Below, piece after piece: positions 51,835 through 64,000 of a stretch of 64,000 nt of DNA. Position 1 is the stretch's first letter. Each line of letters begins with the position of its first letter. The DNA comes from the human T2T-CHM13v2.0 reference genome, Homo sapiens: the NCBI RefSeq assembly GCF_009914755.1, contig NC_060936.1, one strand, 5' to 3'. A program made the translations under genes and the position numbers. A model generated the notes under the pieces. That model was not told the origin of the DNA and made no database searches. It saw only the letters and a list, made by a program, of their open reading frames with translations.

Positions 51835-54766
51835 TCAGGATTGTGAATTGTTTGAAAATGTTATCTATATTTGGTAAATTATGGCTAATATCAGAAGAAA
51901 TCTGCACTCCTATAAATAGAAGTATATTCTAAGACTTCCCTACTAAACAGAGAAAGGCATAAATGTACTGTGCAATCACCTCACTGAGCCCAGCTCTCCC
52001 TTAAGAACTGTGGAAGGACATAAGGTAAAGAGCAGTTGTTGGTGACATTTATAAAGTCCCAAGTCTCAATTGATTCTGAAATAAACTGATAAGGCTTATA
52101 TTTTCTTGACCTCTTAATCCTTGGAACCAAAAGTACTTAGTAAATGAAATTTGTCTTTTGTGATTTCCTCAAATCTACTTTCTATGATTAATCTACTATA
52201 CACTATCAAAGAGTATTAAAACTATAAAACGTCCATTGTGAGATTTCAATGAGGCTCAAAGACGGGTTTTCATGCTTTCTATATGTAGGAATACTAGAGA
52301 ATTTTTACATCTATATCATTCCTTCTACACGGAGCATTTCATATAACAAAGTATGTAGAAATCACACAATATTCCCAGGAAATATAATCGTCTTTTACCC
52401 AAAGCCTCAGCAGTCAACAGTTTAAAATGCCATTGCTGGCTGAACACACAGGTATTTACCTGGGTCATGAACTAAAATGGCAATTGTCCCAAATATTTCT
52501 ATTCATCTGATGGGTGCCACAGGAGCCTCAAGGGGCATGGTGGTGACTGCAATGTACGGGCTATTGATCTGAGTATGACTGAGGACAAATGGAATCACTT
52601 CCGCAGTCACAGAGGTGTCCTAGGAGGTCTGCTAGCCCAAAATGACCTGTTGGCTTTGAGATGCATAGGCACCACTGGACACTGCGCAGCAATGACAGAG
52701 CTGCATGGAACGTGGAGATAAGGGCCCCAGCATGCATCTTTGGCAGGAAAATTCACTCCATTTCATTTTTTTAAATAAAAATGACAGTGGGCAATAATCA
52801 CACAATTTAATTATTCCTTTGGGTTCCACATAAAACTCAAAGAATATAAAATCACCAACCACTGATCTGCTACCTGTGGCAGCTGAAAAATATTACAGTG
52901 GAATTTCAGGGGCAAATAGCAAAATGAGCATCTCCAAATTGTTTAGAAAAGGATCTTCAGTCTGAGAATTGACGGCACAGCTTTAAGAATAGATAAAGGA
53001 CTGCCTGAAGGATCTGTCTAGCTTCCTGAGTTTTTTAAAAGTAATACCTTCATTTGCATAGTAATAACCCAATTATCGTAAGATTAGGTGACAGGAATCT
53101 CATTATTGCTATTTCCACAAAACAGTCGATATTTTATTCAATATCTTTTAATGTTACACACCTTAAAACATAATTATTCAATATACCCTCATTCATCTTT
53201 AATGTAATTTTCTTTTTTGAAAACCTTGCCATAATTGTTAGTTTTTATGGCATATACTAGTGTTTAAACAAGCACTTTTCCCCCGCAGGCTGCTATGAGA
53301 ACAAGCAAAAGCAACCAACAGCTTGGGGGCACTTGTCTTCCCCCCACCCCCCAAGTTACTAGTAAGTTCACCAAAAGATTAAACTCACACACAGGACTGC
53401 TAAAAATCTGTTGTAACGACCTCTGCACTCTTCCCAACACTATAGTTTCCCCTCCTTTTCTGTCACTTCATGCTCCACAAAAGATGCTTCCATAATGAAT
53501 TTTGATCTTAAGGCAACTCTGAAAGTGTTAGCAAATACATTCTGTTAAATTTCAAATTGTATGATCTGGGCTCTTTTCTTTGTGAGTTTTTTTTTGGGGG
53601 GGGGGGGGGATGGCTGTTTTTCCCCCTAGACCACATTGTAATACACACACACATACAAAAAAATCCTTCTGAGACAGCTGACATACTGGGGAGACCATCT
53701 GCCTGCCATAGGTTTACCTGCCATAGGCTTTTACAGTTTCAATTACAAGATAATCAGTACGATAAGTGGCTGGTTACCAGATTAACGGTGGAAACAAAGC
53801 AATGAAATAGGGGGGAGAGAGACAGAACTGCCTACATTAAGAGACTGCAGAGCCATACATGCTATTACTTCAAAATGATATCAGAATTAATGTAGAGTGA
53901 AAACAGCAGTTAGACTTTGTCATGGGAGGAAACAACATCAAAGGGCTGTGGTTTGGAATCTGGGGCTAACACTCCTTAACTGTGGCCCTAGGGACTATGT
54001 CTTCTTCGTGATGTTATCTCTCTATACTTTATGAATGAACACTCATTAATCATAGGTATAACAATTAATCTGTAGAAAAGGACCCTATGCTTCTTACTCA
54101 ACACACAACTAAGTTTTCTCAGGATTTCATCGAATCACCAGCACAATTCATTGGCATTTTCTAAATGACCTAAGAAACTTCGACAGGCATCAGATGCTCC
54201 TAAGAGCCCACCTGACTACAAGCTCACCACTGCATACCCAAACCATCAAAACCACACTTCACTCTTCCCAGGCCTGATCTTTGGAAGAGATTGCAAAGCT
54301 GGCATAACATTACTTGTTTACATGTTTAATGAATTTTGGGGGGTACTGACTGCACTTTGTAATTTTTTTACAACAATCGGGAAACCACCATTCTTTAAAA
54401 TGAGTTTAGTTGCTGTAGACAATTTTCCCCCAAATAGAAAATGTAAAAGAACATTTCTGATTTAGTAAGGCTTTTACTGGAATTAAGTTGGGTGGTTTAT
54501 GTCTTTCAAGTCACCGGGCTGTTCCTCAGAAACTATGCATAGCAACAAGTACATGAGTCAGACATTTGGTCCAAACCTCTTCTTACAGAGAAAAATAAAC
54601 TCACAGGGCACACTGTGAGTCAAGATCACCAGGCAGAATTAGAATTCAGGTCTCCAAACATTTACTGAAGAGTTCTTTCAATTTCCTCATCCACATCACC
54701 TAAATCCCAGACCTCATGAAAAGAATGGCAGCTGTGCTCCATTGATTGAGTGCGGTCATATGTTTA

Positions 54767-55258
<492 letters not shown>

Positions 55259-57126
55259 AAAGTCATAATTATACACTAAGTATCAGACAATGTACTGTTT
55301 TATATTAAATATCAGAACTCACATTTATCATTGAAGGTGAGGTCTGAGAAATTTAGAAATTGTAAGTTAGGATTCAAAGGCAGGTCTGTCTTAAAGAGAA
55401 AGCATGGAAGTTGCTGTCATAAAAACAAAGTTTACAGATACAATTTACTTTGCTTTTCTTCCAGAATTTCATATCTTAGTCTTCGCTGAATACTCCAGCG
55501 TACTGCCCCATAGTACACAGAAAGCGTCCAGGACAAGGGTGACTGCAAACAAGTTAGAGTTGCAGTACACTACTAAGTCTCGGGGAATCTTCTCTATGGG
55601 CATATTACTTCCCTCTCTCTGGAAAGCCCTTGTCTTTTTCCCTCGTCTTTACCCCTCATTATTTATCTAGTAAACTTTGATTCATGCCTAAAAGTCTTGA
55701 TCACTCATCACTCTTCAATGAAGTCTGCCCTACTACCCAAGCACCTTCCAGTAGAGTGAATCTGCCCTCTCTCTGCTATTCCTGAACTTTTAAACTATTT
55801 ATTGTTTTTAAATGCAATTATTTGTTTACATGCCGTCTCACTTGAGGAAGTCTCCTTGTGGAATGGGTTCAATTCATCTTAATATCCACAGTACCTATTA
55901 GCGATATACCTGAAACAGGTGTTTTATAAATATTCAACCATTATTGAACTATAGATACTTGTCAAACCTTAGTTAGAGCAATGATCACATTCTATCTGGC
56001 ATGAAAAGTTTCTGCTTATGCCTTTTCTATATAAGAAACAGTTCTTTGAAAGATGTCTTATTCCCCCTACAGCACCAAGAAGAGTACCTCACAGACAGTA
56101 AGTGTCCCAGAACTGTTGGTTTAAATCACTTATTTAACGGGGTGGAAGTGTAAATAACTAAAATATTGCAAGTTTCTTTAAACCTAGTTGAGGATAATAG
56201 CAAATTTTTCTCTTCTTGAGTCACCTTCAAAGCATGGGATTATATCACATGGGAGATAGAATAAATGCACTGTAGCTAAAAATTAGATGGCTGAATCCAT
56301 GGCTAAAATGCTACTTTTCTTCAGGATTAATTGAGTGCAATCTTTTATCTGTTTCTATTCAGCATATGTAGTATATATCGGCTATGCATCTGAGGACAGC
56401 TGCCATTCTATTTACAGCATTATCTAAAAATGGCAACATTAAATCCATCTTCCATCTCTTTGAGATCTTTTTCAACTACAGAATCATCTCAGATGTTCTG
56501 CTTTTAGAGCAAAATATATGAGGTGTGAATGTGTGTAACAGTAAAAGACTAACAGGCAGAAATCCACGACGGTGGAAATATCTACCAGCGCTTGATAAAA
56601 CTTTCCTCCTTTCCCCATCTCAAGAAAAGCTAGGGCAAGGAAGCTAGAAAACATCAGGGGGCAAATTAAAAAGGTAGAAAACCCTGCCCTTATACCCCCA
56701 TTCAGAAGTCTAAGAACCTAAATATTGATTTTTCAGGGCTTTTGTTGCTGACTGTAGAGATTTTGAGCCTAGACTGAAAAACAAACAGCAGAGGTGTGTG
56801 CTGACAAACCTCCCAAATACTATACTGCATTCCAGATTTTTTTTGAGAAAGTTAAAATTCATCTTTCAGCTTTTTTAAGGTGAAAAAGCTGTGACCGTGC
56901 TAATTATTTATTGTAAGTCTCCATATTCTACATCTTAACACAAATTCACTGTTAACTTCACTGAAGATCGTTAAAAGAAGAGGTAAAACAAACCCAAAAA
57001 CCAAAAAAAAAAAAAACCTGAGTTTACAGTAAGAACATACAGAAATGACCTTGCTGGCCAGTCTGAACGACTTGGGAAAATGTGCACTCTTTCAATTGCT
57101 CTTCTCTTCAAATTTCCAGACTCTAC

Positions 57127-57176
57127 CTCTTCTGTTTCACCAAGCTTCAAGTCCATTTTTAAATTCAATGTGCCAA
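57127..57176 (-). other. Candidate 50-nt exon
   Basis: Minus strand TTCTCTTTTCCTGTCCTGTCTAG|TTGG...AAAATGGAC...GAAGAG|GTAGAG. Confidence 0.2.
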
Positions 57177-57279
57177 CTAGACAGGACAGGAAAAGAGAAC
57201 AGTCCTTTCATAGCAAAGATCAACTAGACTTGGAAAAAATTAAAAGGCCATTTACATTTTTCTTTTAAAAAGCTAATTT

Positions 57280-57515
57280 GGCCAGATGCGGTGGCTCACA
57301 CCTGTAATCCCAGCACTTTCAGAAGCCTAGGCAAGAGGATCGCTTGAGCCCAGGAGTTTGAGACCAGTCTGGACCACAGAGTGAGACCCTGTCTCCATAA
57401 GAAAATTTAAAAATTAGGCATGGTGGCACATGCCTGTAGTCCTAGCTACTCTGGAGGCTGAGGTGGAACAATTGCTTGAGCTCCAGCCTGGGCAACAGAG
57501 TGAGACTCTGTTTCT

Positions 57516-57546
<31 letters not shown>
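57280..57546 (+). mobile_element. AluJ-type with right-arm deletion
   Basis: TSD aaaagctaattt. Confidence 0.92.
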
Positions 57547-57550
<4 letters not shown>

Positions 57551-57822
57551 ATTTCCTCATCATGTTATAGGTCTTATAAGTTCAGAAACCATCATTCTAC
57601 AACGATTTTGCAACTTCAAGACAGCATAGTGAGCCGGTTAATGGATTATGTGTATGAGTGGGTGGAGCCTGACTGAGTTCAAATACCATTTATATCACTT
57701 ATTAAGTATGTGATCTTGGACAAGTTGTGTGGTCTTGGACAAGATAAATAACCTTTCTGTGCCTATTGCTGTGGTTATGAGCAACAATTAAGTCAGTAGG
57801 CATAAAGGTGTTGGAATAGTAT

Positions 57823-58196
<374 letters not shown>

Positions 58197-58390
58197 TTAT
58201 TCATTTTTATTAGAATGGTTCTTAACATTTAGTAAGTGCTCATAAATTAAAGATAAAATTAATCGATTTCAACATTTCTCAGATGTGGATGGGGTGGGGG
58301 AAGAAGTATAGAGGGGAAGCTTCCATATAAAATAAATTAAAAACAATGATTTATTTACTTGGTGTTGCTTTCTAAGCTATTTTCCTGGAA

Positions 58391-58405
58391 ACACACATAC
58401 ACACA

Positions 58406-58438
<33 letters not shown>
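58391..58438. repeat. (CA)n microsatellite
   Basis: Visible CA run with TA interruptions. Confidence 0.95.
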
Positions 58439-60164
58439 CCCATGAGCACAAAGCCCTCCAACTCAAAACTAAAGTGTTTATAAAAATGGTATGTTTTGTA
58501 GATCATTCAATATGTTCTACTCAATATCTAAAGCATAAATACACAAATGTTATTTTGTCAGTACAACTCTAAATTATTCTTATTTGGGTAAACAAATGAA
58601 AAAATTAAAGGATTATAAGATAACATCCAATACAACAGGTTACATATATATGTTCATACCCTATATGACCATGGCGTTTTCACCTATTCCACAGATAAGT
58701 CAAGTGAAACTGAAATTACTAGCTATCAAATTTTCAGATATAAAATTTGAATTTTTAAAGGTAGAATTAAGTTATTCCAAAAGGCAAATCTATTAGCACA
58801 GTTTTTAACCTTGTTTTACTCTAAAACTTATATTACTATCATTCATTAATCACTTTTGAAAATCTTAGGGGTATAATTTAAGCACATACCAATAGTCTAT
58901 CTGAAATGTGAACTAAAAGTAAAAGAATTGAAACTGGAGAATAGACACGATGCTTCCTTAAAGAAAGCCTAACGCATAATTTTTGCAAGATGCCAAAATC
59001 ATCAAATCATTCATGTTCTTAATCTTTGGTGTTTGCTGACTGGCCAGGCCTTCCAGAGAATCTGTCACCAAAGGACTATAAAGCTTTCAAAATACCATTA
59101 TGAAAGTGGTAAATCCACACTTTCATCACCACTAAGACAAGAAGGCATGTTTTCAAAAACTAGTATAAGAATTTAACCATGACAAAATTATATTTAAGAA
59201 GATTCTAAATGTATATTTATGATATTTATGAGGGTATATATATAATATATATAAAATTCATTAAACTTAACAGCATCAATAAAATTGAAATGAATATCCA
59301 CTCTATGAGGTAAAACAGTGAAAAGAAACCACACACACACATAAATGTAGTTATGATCTTTTTTTGAGAACAACAAGTGCACTTCCTTACAAAAACCCTA
59401 GTCCTGGGAATTAGGAGATCATTTTCTAATTTTTTTTTCATTGTTGATGTATAAGCAACTATATTTCTAGGACTCAAATATTCACTTGGATTATAGAGGC
59501 CAATATTGCATATCACTTATTTTCAAGAACCATTCACTAAATAAAAGTTTGTACATTTTATCTCCTTTGTCAGCCACAAGGAGTAACTTTATTATTCCTA
59601 CCAAGATACTGGACCAGACAGTAGAGACGGTTCTGCCACCAATTTATGTTACAATTCTGAGCCTCAAATCTACTCATCTTTAAAATTGGAAAGTTGCACT
59701 AAATTATATCCGATGTCTCTTTATTCTTGAAAATTGTATAATGCTATCAACACTTTCCATATTGGAATGTAACCAAAATTCAGCTTTATTGCAAAAGAGA
59801 TGGTCAAAATATGCCCCCCTTCCCATAGATGAGCAAATATAAAGCAGAAGGTTGTCATATTTTTAAAGAAGACTTCATATTGTTTATTGTAGACCAGGCA
59901 GTGTATATGTCTGTCTATATCTATATGTCTATACTGCAAATGATAAAACTGAGGCTCAGCGAGATTAAGGAATATACCCAAGATGAAAGAGTGAGTAAGC
60001 GATAAAACTCAGGTTCAAACTCACACCCTTCTGACTATGATGCATGGATGCTTTCCATCCTAGCAACAAGTGTATTGAGAACCATGATAATTGAGAGGCA
60101 ATTCTATTACAACTATCTAGTAAATAGTCCACTGATGCTAAAGTCCCCATCATGCTCTGCATTC

Positions 60165-60480
60165 ACCTTTTTAGCTTTATTAAGGCAAAATCAATACATA
60201 AAAATTGCACACATTTGATAGACACATCACGATGAGTTCAGACATATGCCTATACCCAAGATATCACTACCACAATCAAGAACTAAACATATCTATCACC
60301 TCCAAAAGTTTCCTTGTATTCTTTTGTGTTCTTTTGTTTTTTGATCAGAACAGTTACCATGAGATCTACCCTCTTAACACAGTTTAAAGTGTGCAATACC
60401 ACATTGTTAAATGGTGGTAGTAAATTGCACCGTAGTTCTCTAGCACTACACATCTTGCATAGCAGAAACTTCATACCAGT
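60165..60480 (-). mobile_element. L1MB-type 3' terminal fragment
   Basis: aaacatatctatcacctccaaaagtttcc...catgagatctaccctcttaac. Confidence 0.8.
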
Positions 60481-60949
60481 GAGCACATTTCTTATGCAAA
60501 TTCTACACACTGCTTGGTACCCAAGAAGGGAATTTATATCTTTAACAGAGAAGTAAAATGCAAGTATTTTATGCAAGCTGCTGACACCTGACTAAAAAGG
60601 CAAGAATTAAGGTATCTTGGTAGTTGACGATGCATTTCTTGATGATAATGGCACCTCTTGAAAATTAGCAAGATCTATAGGCTTTGATGACAGTACACAA
60701 GCTGAGAAAGGAAACAGAAGAAGCATTTTAGGGAGTTTTCCTAACAGGACTTCAGGATCTTCTCTCTCAAACATCAGAGGAAAATTATTCCACTCTTTCC
60801 ATTTGGCTTAGGGTTTCCTCGCAGCCTCATGACAGTGTCACCCCACCTCAGGAATCCCAAAGATTGGCAGACTGGGGACACTGGGCAAGCAAGCATGCCC
60901 AGCATGACACCTTACTATATATTTTCTAAATGTCCTTGGTGTATTCTGT

Positions 60950-61200
60950 TGTGGGTTTTAGCACAGACTGGAGGCCAAAGACCTGGATTTGAATTTTGGT
61001 TGTGCCACTTTACTGGTGCTGTAAGTCTGGTCAAAATAGAAATCTCACTGTGCTTCACATCCTTGTCCATTAAAGATGGATACTTCCAGTAAGCTCATGG
61101 AGTTCTTGTAAGGAGTCCAACAATATCTGTAAACCACTGAGCACAGTGACTGTCACGTGAAAAGCCCCCAATAAAAGTAACCTAGCATTATATTATCCCA
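60950..61200 (+). mobile_element. MIR
   Basis: ggaggccaaagacctggatttgaattttggttgtgccacttt...gagcacagtgactg. Confidence 0.75.
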
Positions 61201-61319
61201 AAACAAAGGGAGAGGAGATGTACATTTATAGTATCCTGAATAATAGGATACTATCCCTAGTAGCAGTTCTCTGAGGTAGTAGAAAATTCTAAAAAGTTAC
61301 ATATAAAATCCAGGATATC

Positions 61320-61624
<305 letters not shown>

Positions 61625-62469
61625 TTAAAGGTGTAAAATACACACACACACACACAGAGTATGATCCAACTCTTATTTTTTTAAAAACAAAACCATTTCT
61701 AAAGAAAAGTTTAGAAAGTCTAGATGCATGTAACGGTGGCTATTTGTGAATATGATTTTATTTGCTTCTTTTTAGCTCAGCAGTGATTTCTAAATCTACA
61801 GTGATAATGTATTTTTATAACATAAGTATTTTTTATTTGGAATTTTCTTAAAATAAAGACCATATGCATGCTTTAAAAATTAAAATAAAAAACAATCTAT
61901 ATGAAGATAGAATTTTAGCTAGTAAAATATTTAAATGCCCTGACATGATTTTATGGCTTACAGTATAAATAAAAGAGGGCTGAAAATTGAGGTGATTGTT
62001 CTCAGTAGTTAAAATGTTTATATCTTTGTTTTAAGCAAAATAAATGATAAAAGACATAGCAGAAGGTTCTATAAAAATGAATTGGAAAACTAGTAAAATT
62101 GTTGTCAGTGGGACTGAAGAAAAAGTAATCTTAAGTGGACCTTTGAACAGGTTTTTTGAAGCAGTCAGTAAGTGACACTTCTTTTGACAAAAATTGTGGA
62201 AGTTAACTTGATAAGAGCACTCACTTGATTAAAGATGAACTAAGTTTGTCTTGATTTGGGCACTACAGAGTGGTAAGGATAGACATTTGATTAAAGGTAA
62301 TGGTATGGTAATTAATATTGAATGCTTTGATGTTGTAAATGTAAAACAGGCAAAGAAAACTGAGGGGGAAAAAATCACAGCAGTAGGAACTAAAGTCTAT
62401 TTTGTAACCATAACGTTGAAAACACAGCAGCACTCCTCATCATCTTCCTGAAACTTTCTTGAGTGTTGG

Positions 62470-63050
62470 CAAGATATGAATTTTAAGTTAAAATTTGGAG
62501 TGACAGCAGTGAGAAGAAGAAAATGGATAGAGAAAGATCTCAAGGGAAATGTTAATTTGTGATCTGTATAGATCCCAGAGTTTGGGATCAACAGGGAGGA
62601 TTAGAACTCTGACAGTGCCATGGGTGCGGATGAGCAGGGACAGGTAGTCACAGATGCCATGAGAATGAATGGGATTGACCAGAAAGGAACATGTCAAATA
62701 GCAAGAGAGCTAGGCTTGTGTTCTGGGAAAAAGAGACATTAAGGAGAGGTCAGAGATAAAAAGGCCAATGGCATTGCCTCAGGAAGAATGCTCAGGTAAG
62801 CAGAAAAGAACCAGGAGAGAGAACAGTCTCTCGGAATCAAGAGAGGGGAAAGTTTCCAGAACTAAGGTGTGAATCACAATGTCAAACTCAGAGATACCAA
62901 GTCAGATGGTGCTGCAGAGGCCAGATTTGCAGATTAGGAAGTTACCAATGACCTTTACCATATTAGTACAAATGACATCATGAGTGGCATCGTGATCACA
63001 ATGGGGAGGGGAAGGAAAGAGAGAAACTGAGGGAATGATTTCAGAGTATG
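62470..63050 (-). mobile_element. L2 fragment
   Basis: gaaccaggagagagaacagtctctcggaatcaagagag...caatgtcaaactcagaga. Confidence 0.65.
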
Positions 63051-63294
63051 GATTACTTTCAAGGTACTAGGATATATAGAGAAGAAACTCATAGAGTATG
63101 AACTGAATTTGTTTTGAGCTTTGTAAATATCATGGTTTGGTAAGTCTGCCTGGGAGAGAAGCTTCTTCCATGGCCTATCAAATTCTCTACTGAAATGCAA
63201 AAAGCTCAGCTATTACTACCACCAACTCCTGTATACGCTCTACAGTCATGAGAAAGGACCCCTCCCTTCTCTGTACTCCTAAAGTTTTAGTCTG

Positions 63295-63707
63295 TGATAT
63301 GATTTGGATTTGTGTTCCCATCCAAATCTCATGTTGAAATGTTTTCCCTAGGGCTGGAGGTAGGGCCTGGTGGGAGGTGATTGGATCATGGGGGCAGTTT
63401 CTCACAGTTTAACACCATTCACCCTTGGTGTTGTCATCATGATAGTGAGCTGTCCTGAGATCTGGTTGTTTAAAAGTATATGGCACCTCCTCACTCTCTC
63501 CCTTCCTTCTGCTCCAGCCATGTAAAGTGCTAGCTTTGCCTTCCACTATGATTGTAAGTTTCTTGAGGCCTCCCCAAAGCCGAGCAGATGCTAGCATCAT
63601 GCTTTCTGTCCAGCCTGCAGAACCGTGAACCAATTAAACCTCTTTTCTTTATAAATTACCCTGTCTTGGGTATTTCTTTATAAGCAGTGCAAGAATGGAC
63701 TAATACA
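63295..63707 (+). mobile_element. MSTA-like solo LTR (MaLR)
   Basis: TGatatgatttggatttgtgttccc...gaatggactaataCA; 5-bp TSD gtctg. Confidence 0.93.
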
Positions 63708-64000
63708 GTCTGTGTCCCTCAAATACCTAGCAGAGCTATAGTTTTGCTTGCATCCTTTCTCTCCCACTGTCTCACGTAAAAGAATGCCCTTTCCTTTTGG
63801 AGACTACATTGCAGATACTTTGACTGAAAACAACCACTTCTGCCACCAAAGAGAAGAGCACTTCATCTCCTTTGCCACAGGAAGGGCATAGAGCCCAAAG
63901 TGGGCCAGTTACAAAAAATTTCCTGGGCCTGTGAGGGAAAAAAAGTATACAGAGTTTTCTCTGGAGATACTAGCTAAGAGGTTGGTGTGGCCTAGAATGG

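Noticed and set aside
53270-53367. Plus-strand acceptor-like cttttcccccgcag with a downstream gtaagt (another acceptor-like site at ~43683)
   Set aside because: Isolated motifs on the strand opposite the inferred host, with no coding signal.
53702-53727. Micro-duplication cctgccatagg x2, with similar ones at ~38722 and ~57712
   Set aside because: Ordinary slippage-scale duplications with no further structure.

Overview
Primate (most likely human) genomic DNA, AT-rich and dominated by interspersed repeats: about 20 Alus (J, S and Y types), L1PA/L1PB/L1MB/L1MC fragments, L2, L3, MIRs, about 12 solo LTRs and several hAT/Tigger DNA-transposon relics. I found no credible protein-coding gene, RNA gene or CRISPR array. 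The ORF track is repeat-derived or looks like chance. Every LTR I could orient lies on the + strand, and several good splice signals lie on the - strand, so the window is probably inside a long minus-strand transcription unit, which I cannot name. Most notable observations: (1) an AluJ insertion splits a MIR and carries, inside the same target-site duplication (TSD), a 228-bp copy of unique sequence from about 1.9 kb away (7657-7882). That source ends at an Inr-like motif and carries minus-strand splice donors, so it may be a fossil template switch onto the 5' end of a local transcript. (2) An Alu-L1 chimera within a single TSD. (3) A CpG-dense, self-templated palindromic insertion inside an old L1. 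(4) A minus-strand YAG|GTGAG site shaped like a recursive splice site. Repeat subfamily names come from recalled consensus sequences, not from a search, and most repeat boundaries are approximate.
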